This document shows positions 34,854-48,744 of a DNA stretch of 64,000 nucleotides, one piece after another. A model generated the notes under the pieces. That model did no database searches, was not told the origin of the DNA, and was given only the letters and a program-made list of their open reading frames with translations. The position numbers and the translations under genes are program-made. Within the stretch, counting starts at the first letter, position 1, and each line of letters opens with the position of its first letter. The stretch comes from Takakia lepidozioides (lineage: Eukaryota; Plantae; Bryophyta), in the NCBI GenBank assembly GCA_030704615.1, contig CM060732.1:60946001-61010000 (forward strand). Direction: 5' to 3'.

Positions 34854-37800
34854 CTAAGAGCTCTGTGGTACATATGTACCAACATAACCCATGCCCATGA
34901 TGATAAACGCACACCCTTGCAAAAAGAGGTAGATAAAGAAGTGGTTTTTTCCTTGGTACCAAAAGTCGTACCATGAGCAAAATAGCAGATATCCTCCAAT
35001 CCAGAGCTCCAAAAGGTTCATCCTGTCAGACATACAATGGTAATTTATCAGCCTCTATTCTGTATCTTCTTTGTGCATTCTTGGATGCTATCCTTAGTAC
35101 ATGAGATTCCAGCTACACCTACCTACCTGCAATGTGCATTATAACAGAACTGAAGTGTGTGAGGTTGAGGGCAGGGTTCTACCTCTGTCCGATCTTCCAT
35201 CCCGTGACAATCACACTGCTCGCCTGGAAACGTTGCAAAGTATATCTCTTCCCGTTTAGTTTTGATGATGTTTTGAACTTCATGAGATTTCCCAGTTTTT
35301 CTGTAACGATCCATTCGTTGACAGTGCCGATATCCGAGAGACCTATGAAAGTGGCCTTGGTGCGGTGCAAGGACATCACATTCTCAAAGAGAATCCAAAA
35401 CACCAGCAAATGCAGCGACCTGCACCCATCCCCCATGTTTACTTTATGCTTGACTTGATAGGTACACTTTCAGTGCTCAAATTGAGTAGAGTTCTGATCT
35501 GTTCCTTTCTGATCTGTTGTGGGCCTCCAGTGTTTCAGTTCTAGACCTAGATCCACACCTGCTGCTGCATGCACAGCAATAACATTTCATGGCTTGATGA
35601 AAAAGGATGGGAGTTGGTAAGGGGGGAAAAGAGAGAGCACATATAGAACACCTATGAGACTCTGATACTTTGGCACGGGGATACTTACTTAGGCGTGGTG
35701 ACAGCATAATTCATAAGCGTTATAACGGATGGAATATAGAAAGCCCCCCACAAGGGGGTCAACTTCAGGCACCAGCACAGTGGCAGGGATGACAAGGCAG
35801 TAGAAAGTGAAGGAGACAAAGTGAACAATGATCTTGCGCACAAAAAAGAAGGCGTACAGCATGTGCACTTTCTTCCATGTCTTCACTTTCTGCATACATC
35901 AATATCTCAGTAGATCAGTTGCAATGTTGGAGCATCAGAGCAACCGTAGGAAAAAGAGAGTGTGACCACCGAAGGAAGAAAGACATGCTAAGTCAACAGA
36001 TGTGCCAAATACAGGAACCTGCGACAGACTTTGCTGTTTACGATTTGGGGGGAGATTTTGCGAAATAGATTTGCTGGGCCGCACGACCAGCGATGTTGTT
36101 GATACCGAAATGCTTTGAATGTACTGGGCAGCTCATTCTTGCACTGTCCCACCAAAAGTCATTCCCTCACTCACTGAGTTGTGGTAACACAAAGACTCTC
36201 TAGAAGGGCTCCTGGATGCCTTATGCTTATAGCTGAAGTCTAGTGCAAACACAGTAACAGGTTTTGATGTTGTCTATCAAGTCACTTTAGTGCACAAAAT
36301 GTACGAGTATGGTTGTCCCCTCTCTTGTCCTACTGCTAGCATTTTCACACCACGCCATCTTGCTAACCAAAGCTAGGAAGGACCAGCAAGAATAGTGACT
36401 ACACTTGTGTCAAAATGTGAGCCAAATTTGCAGTTGAATAAGACTAGAGCCATTACCTCCAGGTCATGTAGGTACACAAATTTCCATCCTTTCAAACTAG
36501 CTCGCACAGCCAAGTCCATGTCTTCAACAGTTGTGCGGTCATTCCAACCTCCCGCTTCATCCATGGCACGAATTCGCCACACTCCAGCAGTCCCTGGAAA
36601 GACCATGTCCAGGTTCACTAGTCAGTCTAGAATTGCATGCATGGTATAGATGTCACTTTGCCACATCCATATGCTATCCATACGTTAGCTATGTACTTTT
36701 TCAAACTAAGCGGTGAGAATCTAGGACTGTAGGATTCACCAACACCGGACCAAAACTCCCCAGGGATGTATAGTTACAAGCATAGGTAAGGAAGAAATCA
36801 TGCAATCTTACACAATGAGTGCCTCTTCCACCTATGACCACTGCATGCTCAAACAAAGCCTGAAATGCAGTCAACTTTCATCGTGACTGCGAATCCAGGA
36901 ATCACGAATGCATACCGTTGAAGCCGAAGAAAGCGTAGGTAGCAGAGCCCACTCGCTGCTCCACAGAAAAGTGATAATTCAGTGATACCTCCTGCATCTT
37001 CGTCATGAGGCACTCATCCGCATTCACTGCCCAACAAGAGGAACATTTAGTGGCGGATTCAGTAGAAAAGGCGGTGCTAATATAATACAGCAAAGTGCTC
37101 AATACACAAACAAATCCAAATTTAGTTCTTCGCCTGCATTGAAGTCTAAATCCACGAGTTTAAATATCTGACATTTGAGATCGGATCAAGCGCCCTTGGA
37201 AACACGAGAATTTACCATGCTCCTGAAACTGCATCTACAATTACTTCCGTTCTTGAATGGGTCACACTGGGCTTTCCGTGAATCTCATGCACATTGAACG
37301 TCGCGGAAAACATGCACTCAATTCTTCCTGTTGCGAAGTAAAACCTCAAGCATATCATTCCCCGAGTAATGAAGGGCGGTAGAGTTTAAAACTCTGTAGT
37401 GTCATGAATATCAATCCCCAACCGTCCCAGTCCCAGCAGACGCACATCTACAAGGCTCACTAATTCCTCGGTACTCTTCGGTACACGGAATGTGAAACCA
37501 TGTGGAATCCAGGGTTTTTCTTACTGATTTTGAAGAGGGGTACGAGATTGGGTGTAGGGTAGTGCAAGTGGCCCACTCTAGGTAATTTTCCTCGATTTGG
37601 TAGGCTACATGTATTTCCACTCTTGTCATATTCTGCGAATAGAAGGCCAAGTACAGAAATAGTTGCAAGCCATAATAGGCGAATGGAACTCTTTCAATGT
37701 GAAAACCACATCTGCAAACTCCAAGCTCAAAGTGGACGTCTTTTTCCCTTTTTTTTCATTCGCCAACGGGATTTTCAGGCGACCAAATGGCGAAAAATCG

Positions 37801-39327
37801 CCAATAAAAAAAACGACTGAGATGCTTCTTTACACTTTTCACCTCCATAACTGTACCGTTGCCGGTCGGATGCAGCAGCTAGGAGCTGTCTAGCCACCTT
37901 CTCACTGTCACCAGTTTGGTGGAGGAGAGAGTAGCCACGAGGTGTAGACAGATGGGACGTTCAGATTTGGAAGAATTTGATGGATCCAGCATGAGGAGAG
38001 AGGTACACATCCAACCAGCTCATGCAGATTATGCACTTACAATCTCTGATCATGGATGTAGCTGTCAGGGATGGGCCAACACCTCCAACTAGGCGATAAA
38101 CTCTCCAGTTGCCTCAAACAAATCTGTGGAGGTCATTGGTAAATGACACTCTAGAGCTAGCAATTGGTGTGCGGAGCTCCGAGTTCTCTAAGGAGATGTT
38201 TCTCAAGATGTAAGACTGACTCGTGAACCGCTGGCCAGTATAACAATTTCTTGCTGGTGGGTTTGAGCAACTTATACCTGGCAACTGTTCAATTAGTGTC
38301 ACTGAGAACCTGGAAATTAGATAGATTGCACGCCTGAGGAAGACAGAGGAGAATGCAATGACTAGAGGGTTCAGGCAGGGTAGGTAGGGTGTGTGCAGTG
38401 TACCAAACTTCCACCGGGCCTGGACCAACGCCAGCTGGGGATTGTGAACGAGGTAGGGGACAGTGCCCCACAAAAACTCCGGCTCGGGCTGGAAATCAGC
38501 ATCGAAGATGGCCACAAAGTCGCATTTTTGAACGTAGGGGTGCTTCATGCCTTGCCGCATCGCTCCTGCCTTGTAACCCGTTCGATTACCTCGAGCTTCA
38601 TACTTGATGTCGCAACCTTTACTGGCCCAGCGTTGACATTCTATCTGCACCAGTTCCTGAAAGAAGACGTGCATCGTGCGTCAGTCTGGCTCCCTGCAAG
38701 ACTCCACTCTACTATCATGTGTAGGTTCTGCAGTGCTCGTGTACAGGCATTGTGGTGCCCACAGAAATTCTATGGACGAGGTCTCCTGACCTTTTAATGT
38801 AAATTGCAAGGATTTCACAACCTCCCAAACACTGCTAGCAAGTCTGGTCGTTGGAAAGTCAGTGACAGAGCTACGTAGTTACAACATGTGTCCCAAAACG
38901 GGGCTACTGAGGCACCAAGGTCGGTTGCATACTTTGATAGAAGGATCCGTGGAGTCATCTAACACTTGAAAAATAATTCGATCAGATGGCCACGACAATC
39001 CACACGCCGCCTGTATCGACAGCTGATACACCTGCTCCATCCATGCACCACCTCTTTTCTTTACAACTCTGGCCTGGGAGAACAAATCTCTTATGTACAA
39101 CAACTTCTCACCACGCCCTTGCACTCTTACCGACCTGAGGATTGAACCTTCACCATGTGAGAAACCTGACCAACTGGACTCGCTGACTGTATGCTCGCAG
39201 TGAACTGCAAGTTCAATGGGAAAATGAAGGCTGCTGAATGTGACATGGCTTCTCAGTAGCAGTACTTCATTCAAAATTTCGTAATAGACAGGTGAGAGTC
39301 AAAAGAGATGCTTTAGAACTCGAAAGT

Positions 39328-39370
<43 letters not shown>

Positions 39371-39692
39371 GCACCTCTCTCTCATTGTACATGGGAATCT
39401 GTACCAAAACCATGGGATAAGCAGAATTCCCCAACTCCACATCGTCCTTGATAGCTTCCCACTTGTAGATCGTTTCTAGCGTGCGACCCATCAACTTTAC
39501 GACTACCAACACCTTGCACATGATCAATAACCGCTCGATGACCAGCATGGTGACCATCACCAAGCAAATATTGATGGCCCATTGCAGCAGCGGTGCTACT
39601 ATCGGTGCTCGCACTGCGTTCCACAGTGCAGGTAACTGATCTAGTAGACTGAAGATCGCTTGAGGCAGCAACGCTTCCACCAATTCTCCCAT
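34854..39692 (-). CDS. CSLA: Cellulose synthase-like A (glucomannan 4-beta-mannosyltransferase, GT2), 9 exons, apparent frameshift in exon 7
   Basis: [15 protein letters not shown]|[25 protein letters not shown]|..[16 protein letters not shown]|..FFGFN|[21 protein letters not shown]|..[10 protein letters not shown]|..[24 protein letters not shown]|..[11 protein letters not shown] at 39692, stop at 34854. Confidence 0.93.
39330..39365. repeat. (GA)n microsatellite at the start of CSLA intron 1
   Basis: About 18 GA units read directly from the sequence. Confidence 0.95.
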
Positions 39693-40438
39693 TTTAATGA
39701 ACAGCACTCTTGTTTTAAGCTCGTTACTGGCCTTCCAGTTGCCCAATTTTATTATTTATTTATTTATTTATTTTTTACTTTTTTATACAGAACAGGGGAC
39801 CTAATAGGCCCTGATAAATTTTATTAATTGATTATTCGGGGTAAAAAATTAAAACCCCCGTTACACCATAAGGCACCCACACCGTGATCAGTGAATGAAC
39901 GAACCCCAATGGGTGGACACAGAGACGCCAAAAAAATTGTTTGTATTTATCGTGGCGTTAAAAAGCAGAATTCATGGGGGTGCATTCCGCCAGGATCAGC
40001 TCCCTCGAGTGCATGCCGAAATGCAGAATGCACCGCCAGGGATATGTAACTACGTCCTACTTCCTCATCACTTGTCCACAGTAGCCTCCACTCACTGGGG
40101 CTTTGGGAATATCCAGAGCTGGCTCACAAATTTTCAGATTGGGCGAAACTGAAAGACTAGGATTTGTCCAGCCTGCACGATGCCCAAAGGTGGACAAGCA
40201 TCATTTCTTTTTCTTCTTCCCTAAGCGGCTCTTCTGAGACACTCGAAAGGCCTTCAGCTTTTAAGGACCAGAAGTGCTTGGCAGTTTACCTGCATCATGC
40301 ACTTTGTCTTTGATGTGGGTCTTGATTGTTGTTCTACTTTGTGGGTGGACATTATAAAGTTCTTTTTTCATTCTTTCTTCAATGTTTTGAGTCGTTGTGG
40401 TTTAAATTTTTAAATTTTATGGCATTTCTTTATGCAAG

Positions 40439-40547
40439 GTAATGCCGCTCATGTCGGGCATTCCCGGATTTTCGGGCCTTTCCCTGGGGGCTGCCGCCTC
40501 GGTGTCACGCCCTCAAATCCAGGAATGCCCTTCACTCAAGGCATTAC
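40439..40547. repeat. About 109-bp GC-rich hairpin repeat (copy 2)
   Basis: gtaatgcc..gggcattcccggattt..aaatccaggaatgccc..ggcattac. Confidence 0.85.
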
Positions 40548-40574
40548 TCTATACATAATAAAGTTATCTGTTAA

Positions 40575-43500
40575 GTGGGGCCTTTTGGGTCCTGTTTGAC
40601 CGTGTGATCCATCCCCACGTGTCATGATCATGGTGGGCAGTAAGCGCCTATCCTTAAAGTCAAGCCTAAATGGGCACAAGCGGCAAAAAGTGGGAACGGG
40701 CGAGCATGTTAGTAACGTGGGCCCCGTGCCAGGTGGGAAGGCCCAACGTGATGGTAGCGTGGGGCTCGTTCGCCTACCCCTAAACCGTACACAGAGGTTG
40801 CTCTGCCTTGCCTCAAACAACAGCTTGGACCCATGCCAAGCTCGTCCACACTCTCTTCCAACTTGCAATTAGGTTGCTTTGCCTTGCTTCATGGATTGAG
40901 ATTCTTCATCTCATACCTCTGCTAGTTCCTCCTCCAGTAGCGATGAAGAGCTTTTTGACGATATGGATCAAGAGACTTTGATGTCATTTCAGTGTGCGCT
41001 TGCAGTGGCCAATTCAGTGGACATGTTCAATTCAAACGAGATGGAGGAGGGGGGCAACCTTTCGTCAACCACAATGAAGGTGTTCATGATGTCTTTAGCA
41101 ACTATGAGAGCAACACCGGCCCTTTCCAAGACTTTGACGAACTTCACCGTGGCTGTATTTATGAGCTCTATGCCACTGTTGTACCAACGATCATGACACA
41201 TGCCAAGACAACAAGTGAAATTCGTATTGTTTTTGGACACCCTCTGAAGTTGTCCCCTGAGCAACGTATCCTCAATTTCATCTTATTCATAAAGCATGAT
41301 AACGTGACTACTCCTTCATGTGGAATTGGTCCAAGACTGCATTGAACGATGATGCTATCTTCATAGCTTCTTGTGTGAACCATGCATTAGCCGATGAGAT
41401 TAGTTGGCCATGTATCGAGGAGAGAGCTACCTTGGCTTCTCACATCTCTGAAATTCCTGGTTGTATTGGCCTCATTGATGGCACTTTCGTCAAGATCCGG
41501 AAACCTTGGCACAACAATGAACACAAGAGTTGGTTCAATGGGAAGAAGAAGATGTAGTCGATGAACTACACAGTGGTTGTAGATCACAATGGATTATTTA
41601 TTCATATTGATATAGGATACGTTAGATCTTATCATGATGTGAGCATATTAGGACACTCTACTCTTCATCAGAATTGGCGCAATCACTTTGTACACGAAGA
41701 TGACTACTTTGAGTATTTATTGGGAGATCTTGGCTACGTAGGCGAGGATATGTTTATTATGCGTAGAATTGGTAGACGTGAATTGCCTATCAACCAGCTA
41801 TGATTGCTTATAACAAAATGTATGATGGCTACAGGGTGAGGGTTGAATGGGGCATTGGATGACTGAAACGAAAATGGAGACGACTCATAAAGAGATTTGA
41901 CTGAACAAAATCAAAGGGCAGTTGCAGGATAGGGTGTCTCAGTTTGGACGTCATCGGGCAGTTTTTCAAAGACTGTGCTTCATGTTATTTTTCTATTTGT
42001 TCGCAATAGTTCATCTTTATTATAAATGACATTGGTTCTTGTATACCACCTACAAGACCTATATAATGTAACAATTTTTTCGCAAATTGGATGAACTATA
42101 AGAATGCTATAGACTTTTGAATCTCAAACACTGTTTTGTCATCGGCACAGTTTTTTGTGAGCACTATGGACTCTAAAAAACACATCTAAGTGTAACCAAT
42201 TGTGGTAAGGACAAAAAGCCATTTGTACAAACTGTGCAATGTTTCAATAGGTGAAAGTAGTTTGAAAATCTATCAAATTTTGACCAAACTATGGACTTTT
42301 TTATACACCAAAAAACAGGTGTTTTTTATTAGTCCATAGCATATTGTCTAGTTTTGGGTCTTTGGGATATCATCTTTTACTGATAAATCTACAAACATAT
42401 AATCTAGGATGGCTAGGTGGTATATGGACAAATGGTCATAGATTCTAAGATTTGATTTCTAAAAGTTTTTGTCAATTAAATATTGAATTTCTAATAAATA
42501 ATATCTATAATATTTGGGGTTAAATCCTTTACTAAAGATGTTAAGTATACTATTGTCTATCTTTATAAGAATCAAACTGAAAAAATATGCTAAAAAACAA
42601 AACGAATTTTCATGGACGTCACCATCTGCCGAGAGTGAGACATCATATCCTGCAACTTCCCCAAAGTACAATCATTTGTTCAGGGATGCAACTTTATTGA
42701 CGAACTTAATTCACGGAAGATGAATGGATTTCACATTTGAGATCATCGGTGATCAACTTGGAAACCCTGAGGAATTTGGATGGGATGGGGATTTCTAATT
42801 ACAAGTTAAAAAGCACTTTCACTTACTGTTTAAATTCGTCATCAGAGATTACACCAAGATCCTTTGCACTCTTTAAATTGTAAATCTTTAACTTGTTGCG
42901 CTTCTCGAGACTGATATCTACCTTAGCAGCTAACAATTCATCTCTCTTCTGAGATGAGGACTGATACTGTTGAGCAATCGAAGTAATACTCTTGGACTGT
43001 TGTTGCAACATATCAAACTTAAGGCTTAGACATCGCTTTGACAGAAGGAACAGAAGTAGAGCTAGGAGCACAAGTAGAGCTACGTGTAAATGCACTATTA
43101 GCACTAGGAGCCTGGTCAAGAATAGATGATACTTAAGTCATTCCAATGCTACCGGTTGTAGATGAACATGGGCTGGGGGATGTCAAATCTATGAAACTTT
43201 GCCTCCGCTTGAGTACATTCCGAGTTGCATGTCCATTAGTGGTCCTCAACCGAGCCAATACATCGTCACATCAGCCTCATCATTAGTCTCTACAATATCG
43301 ATGGGTGTCTCTAAATATGGCATCTCAGACATATCAGCTTCCACCAGATCAGCGACGTTACATCTGCCAACAATGATCCATGTGATTGCAAATTCAGATT
43401 GCTCATACGCAACCCTTGTTCTTAATTGAATGGAAATTAAGAAAGTTGAATGACATCTCTTGTTCTCAATTGAACATGAGCATGGACATACAAAAGCACT

Positions 43501-44275
43501 TGCATTTAATTAGATTGAGTTGAGAAAGCTCTTATAACTTCTAGTTACTGACAAACTGATCTAGAATGAGTTGAATTAAATCCAATTGAACTAATTTACC
43601 TCAGCTCTCGTTCGGTGGAAGCCATTGGAGCTGCCTCCTTCCCCCCTTGGAGCAACCCACCTCCAGCCTCATCCATGCTAGCTGCAACCCCCCCCCCCCC
43701 GCCCCCTCTCCTCCTCCACAACCCTCTTCTTCGTCCATGTTGGCTGCAGCCCCACTCCTCCACAACCCTCTCATTCGTCCTGCGCACTCGCTCAGCTCCA
43801 CAACCCTATCCCACCCTGCCCTTCCCATTCATGCATTATGTCAAATACCAAGATGCATCCTTAACACTATCACACTTAGCAATACATGTTGACAATGAAG
43901 ATGTTTGAACTTTGGAACCAGACCATCACCTACGGGAGTGAAGGGATTTGCATGTGACATATGTGCAGGACCCCATCATTACATAGCAGTGGAATATAAG
44001 CCCTTGGAGGAGGTGAAAATTGCAGAACAAAGATAAGACCCACCTTGGGATGCTCAACTCAAAGAAGGCAACACAGATGACAAAGTGGGCAGTGGATATA
44101 TACCAACACATACCTATCGACCGAGAACATGGTGGGTTCCATCAGTGAGTACTATGAGAATAACAAGAACGGTGAAGGGATGAAGGCAAGTGTAGCAAAG
44201 GCAGCGAACAGAATAAAGGCTAATGAAGGTGTCACCAACCTAAAAAAAAATGACAGGGTCAAATGAAAAAGTGCC
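40575..44275 (+). mobile_element. PIF/Harbinger element: HARBI1-like DDE transposase pseudogene (+, about 40960-42800) and convergent second ORF (-, about 42820-43430)
   Basis: IPGCIGLIDGTFVKIRKP, WFNGKKKM*SMNYTVVVDHNG, SYHDVSI, YLLGDLGY and RVRVEWGIG*LKRKWRRL. Left end cctgtttgaccgtgtga; degenerate right end tgacagggtcaaatg..gcc. Confidence 0.85.
41916..42661. mobile_element. Non-autonomous TIR element (MITE) with 4-bp TSD, Sola-like
   Basis: TIRs gggcagttgcaggatagggtgtctca / tgagacatcatatcctgcaacttccc, flanked by CAAA at 41912-41915 and 42662-42665. Removing the element rejoins the Harbinger frame (TKSKYNHLF). Confidence 0.85.
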
Positions 44276-44686
44276 TAGACTAATCATACTAACATAGCTA
44301 AGGGGATTTTTAATACCAAATTAGCGCCAAACCGACAAATTTTCATTTGTTGAAGCCATTTGAAGCAGATGATCGAAAGTAAACAACAAACATATGGAAA
44401 GTGAAGCATATTGAATCCACAATGAAGCAAATTCAATTGTAAATTGCAGTAGATTGATCTAGAAATCAAGAACCAATATATGAAGCAATTCTTAAGTATA
44501 ATTCACGATCTTCAACTCCATCGTTGTTGGTGGAATCTTCCATAGCTGAATGTATTCTCCACTCTCTAGAATGCGTGATCGAAATTGACTTATAGTGTGG
44601 TGCGAAATTGAGTGCGAAGCGCGTGCGGCTGTGTATGTTTGCTTGCGTCTATCTGTGTCGTGAGGGACGTAGGGCGGGGGCAGGAG

Positions 44687-45744
44687 GGGAGAAATGTTAA
44701 TCCATGAGCCTGCTCATGAGCTCACGTGAGCTTGTGAGCTTGGCCAGGCTCACGCGAGCCTGGGACAGGAGCCCATAACCGCGGATATTTCACTTATTTC
44801 CGTGCATTTCAGTGCCAATACTTATCCCATGATTGAGTGAGCGCATAGGTCACAACAGCTTGTCAAGCAAAAAAATGTAATCACAAAGACGAATTTCGCA
44901 GATGAAACCCAAGTTTGTGCTAACGTGAATTCAATTTTGGACAAGAGCTTAAAAGGGAGAAACCCAAAAAAAAAACCAAAACCCGATTTTGCTGACAAAA
45001 CCCAAATTAAATGTACTCACGTGAGTTCAACTTTGGACACTCTTAGCTACAATGAGTTTATATTGTCGAACAATGAGATACTGCACATGGTGTCCTTTTG
45101 CATGTCATATTACGTCTTTGCCTTCATTGCCTCTTGTGTGGGTGTTGACGCCCACATAATTCATGGACCTCCCGCAAGTACTCCTATGACACAAAAAAAA
45201 CACAGTATATAAAATTTGAGGACTTATGTGGGCGTTGACGCCCGTACAATTCATGGATCTCCCGCAAGTCCTCCAATGACCAAAAAACAAAAAAACCAAA
45301 AATAAATCAAAATTTTCAAAAAATATATATATAAAATATGAGGACTTATGTGGGTTCTGACGCCCACATAATTGGTGGACCTCCCGCAAGTCCTCCAATG
45401 ACACAATAATAAATAAAAATTTCAATTTCGGGGAAAAAAACAAAAACATTCTCGAACATACTGCTTTGCTAGGAATTATATGGTCGTCAACGCCCACATA
45501 CGTCCTCACACCTGATTACAGGCACATAATGAATGTACCAATACGATTCCAATTTTTCCAATGGCGCTGCTGGTATTCTCCTGGGAATATGCCTGCATTT
45601 ATCTTCGGGTATAGGCCCCTTTCTAACACCGTACCACTCTGCGCTCACGACCACTAAGTGTGACGCCCAAGCTCACGTTTAGTGGGTCAATTGTGAGCCT
45701 GGGCTCATGGGCTCACGTGAGCAGGCTCATGGCGTAGCTTCCCC
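44687..45744. mobile_element. MITE-like TIR element with internal palindromic tandem repeats
   Basis: Left end gggg..ccatgagcctgctca; right end tgagcaggctcatggcgtagcttcccc. Internal units ttatgtgggcg-ttga-cgcccacataa..ctcccgcaagtcctcc at about 45137, 45220 and 45340, plus an inverted unit at about 45475. Confidence 0.7.
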
Positions 45745-47534
45745 GGCGGGAAGGCGGGGTAGCTAGCACCGAGTTATCTAGCCGATTATGGCCATTTTAT
45801 GTAACACTACATGTTTAAGGTGAAATCTAGGATTTCATGAAGATTTGATGTTATGTACCAAGGTCGTTACCACTGCCAGTGTCATGTCATTATTTATGTT
45901 ACGTAACACCGTAGGTGTGAATCCAATATTTAAGAACGGACTCCAGCCATTCCCTTACCACCCAGATACTACCATGTGTGAATATACCTTTAGAGCGACT
46001 CTGACTTTGCAGGTACGAGAGGAAATATGAAGTAAGGTATGAGAGGGCATGAGGGCGACAACTGTAGGGTAAAAATACGGGGACTTGTGTTTTCTTTTCG
46101 AACATGGATTCGGTCGGGATACTTGTCGGGTGACGAGGGCTGGATGAATGGCCAGGAGATGAAGGTGCGAGGAAACAGTTCATCCAAACTAAATCAAGGA
46201 TGAATGACCAACGAAGTAAAGGGGCAAAAATCTGTTCATTGGGTAGATTCATGGGGAGTGATGGATAGAGAAGGGATCAGCTGGCAAAATTGGTTGAACT
46301 GGTAAAGTTTATCCAACTAGTGACAAACTGGTAGTTGGCAGATTATTATAACAAAACATCAGCTAAACTAAGGCCTTTGTCGTATGCATGTAGCTTGAAA
46401 GGGGGAGTAATACCCGCAAGTTTGCATTAAGACTTTAGAAAGAAGTTCACGTGATACCAGCATGGCAAATTTATGAAGTAGGCAGCGCACCGTCCTGTGG
46501 AAGGGTGGCTGAAGGGGATTTAGGAGTGAAGGATGGAGGAAGAAGCACCTTTTTGGCATGACTGAAAGTAAGAAGAGCGTGAGATGGAGAACACGGAGGT
46601 GGTATGGAGGTGGTGTTGGCAGTAAAATGGAGTGAGATGTTGGTGTTATGCATGCTCTTGTAGACTGAAAGTGGAAGCATTGTAAATTAGGAATCATGTT
46701 TTCTCTTCATCGATGAGTGTTGCTCAAGAATGAGAGTGGAAACGAGTGCATGAAGGAGTCATTTTTGTCGTGAACGTGTAAGAACTTCATACGTCAAGCA
46801 CCAAGTATCATGCAGTCCAACCTGTTGGGGCAGATTGACAGTGCAGCATGAGAACTGGGATGTAACGATCAGATCAGGAAGGTGGAACGTGCGAATACAC
46901 GGATCAGATCAACCATCTAGTGCTGACTTCTTTTGCTTTGGATGAATTAAAAGAAAACAAATAAACAGCACAAAGAGTAATTGTGAAAGCGTAGAGAGAA
47001 GGGAAAGAGAAATAGCTAGGGGACTGGATGTTGTTTTCTTCTTCCGCTACAGCAGCATCTATTCCTTGAGCACTAATGAAGTGGGACATGTGACAGCAAG
47101 AAGTACAGGGAGTCCCACTTTTAGCTCTACAGAACAAGGACCAGCAGGAATAGTAGGCCGGGAGCCTCACTATGGGGTGTTGGTTGTGGTAGAGACTAGC
47201 GGGGGGTTGGCAGCAACTAACTTAGGACCAGAACGAGAAGAGGGAGGTGGCAGTACAAGTGGTGGGGGTAGGGGTTTTGGGGGGTTGCCATGTGTAGGGA
47301 GGAACGGCCTTTTAGGGGGCTCCACCACCGCTTGACAGGGGTTGGCCAGCCGCCTTGAGAGGGTATGTAGAAGAGGCAAAAGCTACTTACTAGTAACTAC
47401 TTTGGTAGGCTTGGCGCACGGGGCCACTTAATAAAAAAACATGAACAAAGACCATAACTATATTAATTTATGGGATCACTATATCCCAATTGATCATTGG
47501 GAAGGTCGAAAAACCGACACGGTGGGAACAACCA

Positions 47535-48744
47535 ATGTGCTCCAACTGGTGGATTGAGCTCCGTAGGGATTTACACCGTCAATATCCAATCCAAATCGCA
47601 CAGATCGTGGCTCTGTAGCAAAATCCGGAAATGTCGTGTCAATGTATCTCCATGCTTTGCTATCAGCTGGATGTCGAACCAACCCATCTTGGCTCTTATG
47701 TCTGTCGTGCCATGTCATTAACTTTGCGATCGACTTACACTGTACATACGTTTCAATCTCGGAATGACAGGGAAGTATCGCAATACTTTTTTGGGCACAG
47801 TTCCACGACCAGGAATGTAACGGGACTTGCAGCGTACTAGGCAAATGGTTGCCTTCTCATACTCCGCACGGAAGAGTACACAACCATCCTCACAAGCATG
47901 AATCGTTTTGTATTGCAATCCCATTTTGGCAATCATGGTTTTTGCTTCATAGTGAGTTTTCGGCAATGAATTCTCGGCCGGTAGAAAACTCCTACGCAAC
48001 AATCCCAGTAGCTCATCCACAAACAAATGCATTGGTGCATTTGTGGGTAGTGCATGCGTTGAGCAACGTCAAAGTTGCTTGCAGCTGGCTGATCGAGCAC
48101 CCTTTGTAAAGTGGACATTGCGACTGTCGGAAGAGTTTGTCATATACTCGGGATCAACGTGCAGGTGATCATTCTCATCGAATTCATCTTGAACGTTATC
48201 TAGATTTTGCAAATTGTCTCCATTGTCTCTGGAATCGTCAATGTGATCGACATGATTGGATCTAATGTGATCGGTTCCACCATGAATGGGGTCTTGTCTG
48301 TTTGCATCAGCAAATTGAAATGCTTCATGTAATGCACGCTGTATTTCTACCTGCAATCCACCACCCTCATCTGCATTCTCAATGACATTCGGCTCCCGCT
48401 GAAACGCAGGGCCTTCGTCTTCATCATCGGAATCTACACGTCCCTACACCACAACAGTCATGTTGTGAGTCGACCAATCAAAACACTCCATTTGTAGCCA
48501 TAGAAGTCATAGTTGCAGTCACTTAGTAAGTCCTATATGACTAAATGACTACAGATGACCAATGAAAACACGACATGACCGTCTATGGCGAATGGAAGAA
48601 GCTTATGTCATAAGCAATGGGCTTACAAAAATGTTGTGCAACTGCGATGAGTGTCATGGAGGAAAACTAATGTCATTCGAAACTGTGAGGAAACATTACC
48701 TGATGCACGGGAGGGATCCCCTTCTGCGCAGCTGTTCTATTCCG
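47535..48744 (-). mobile_element. CACTA TNP2/TnpD (Transposase_21) pseudogene, 3'-truncated; exon 2 starts at 48443 (-), exon 1 lies inverted at 48562-48744 (+)
   Basis: LPAENSLPKTHYEAK..MGLQYKTIHACEDGCVLFR..PKKVLRYFPVIPRLKRMY, LMTWH..VRHPADSKAW..FPDFATEPRSVRFGLDIDGVNPY..WST. Plus-strand CNCDECHGG..TVRKHYLMHG is the transposase-associated domain. Confidence 0.9.

Noticed and set aside
43596-43908. Several overlapping Gly/Pro-rich ORFs
   Set aside because: Low-complexity C-rich sequence inside the Harbinger, open in multiple frames by composition.
45137-45510. Palindromic repeats with variable spacers, CRISPR-like
   Set aside because: Eukaryotic context, long degenerate units, A-rich low-complexity spacers and no cas genes. 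Best explained as MITE internal repeats.
45780-47400. Coding-like minus-strand fragments (Ulp1 or gag?)
   Set aside because: No diagnostic motif could be recognised.
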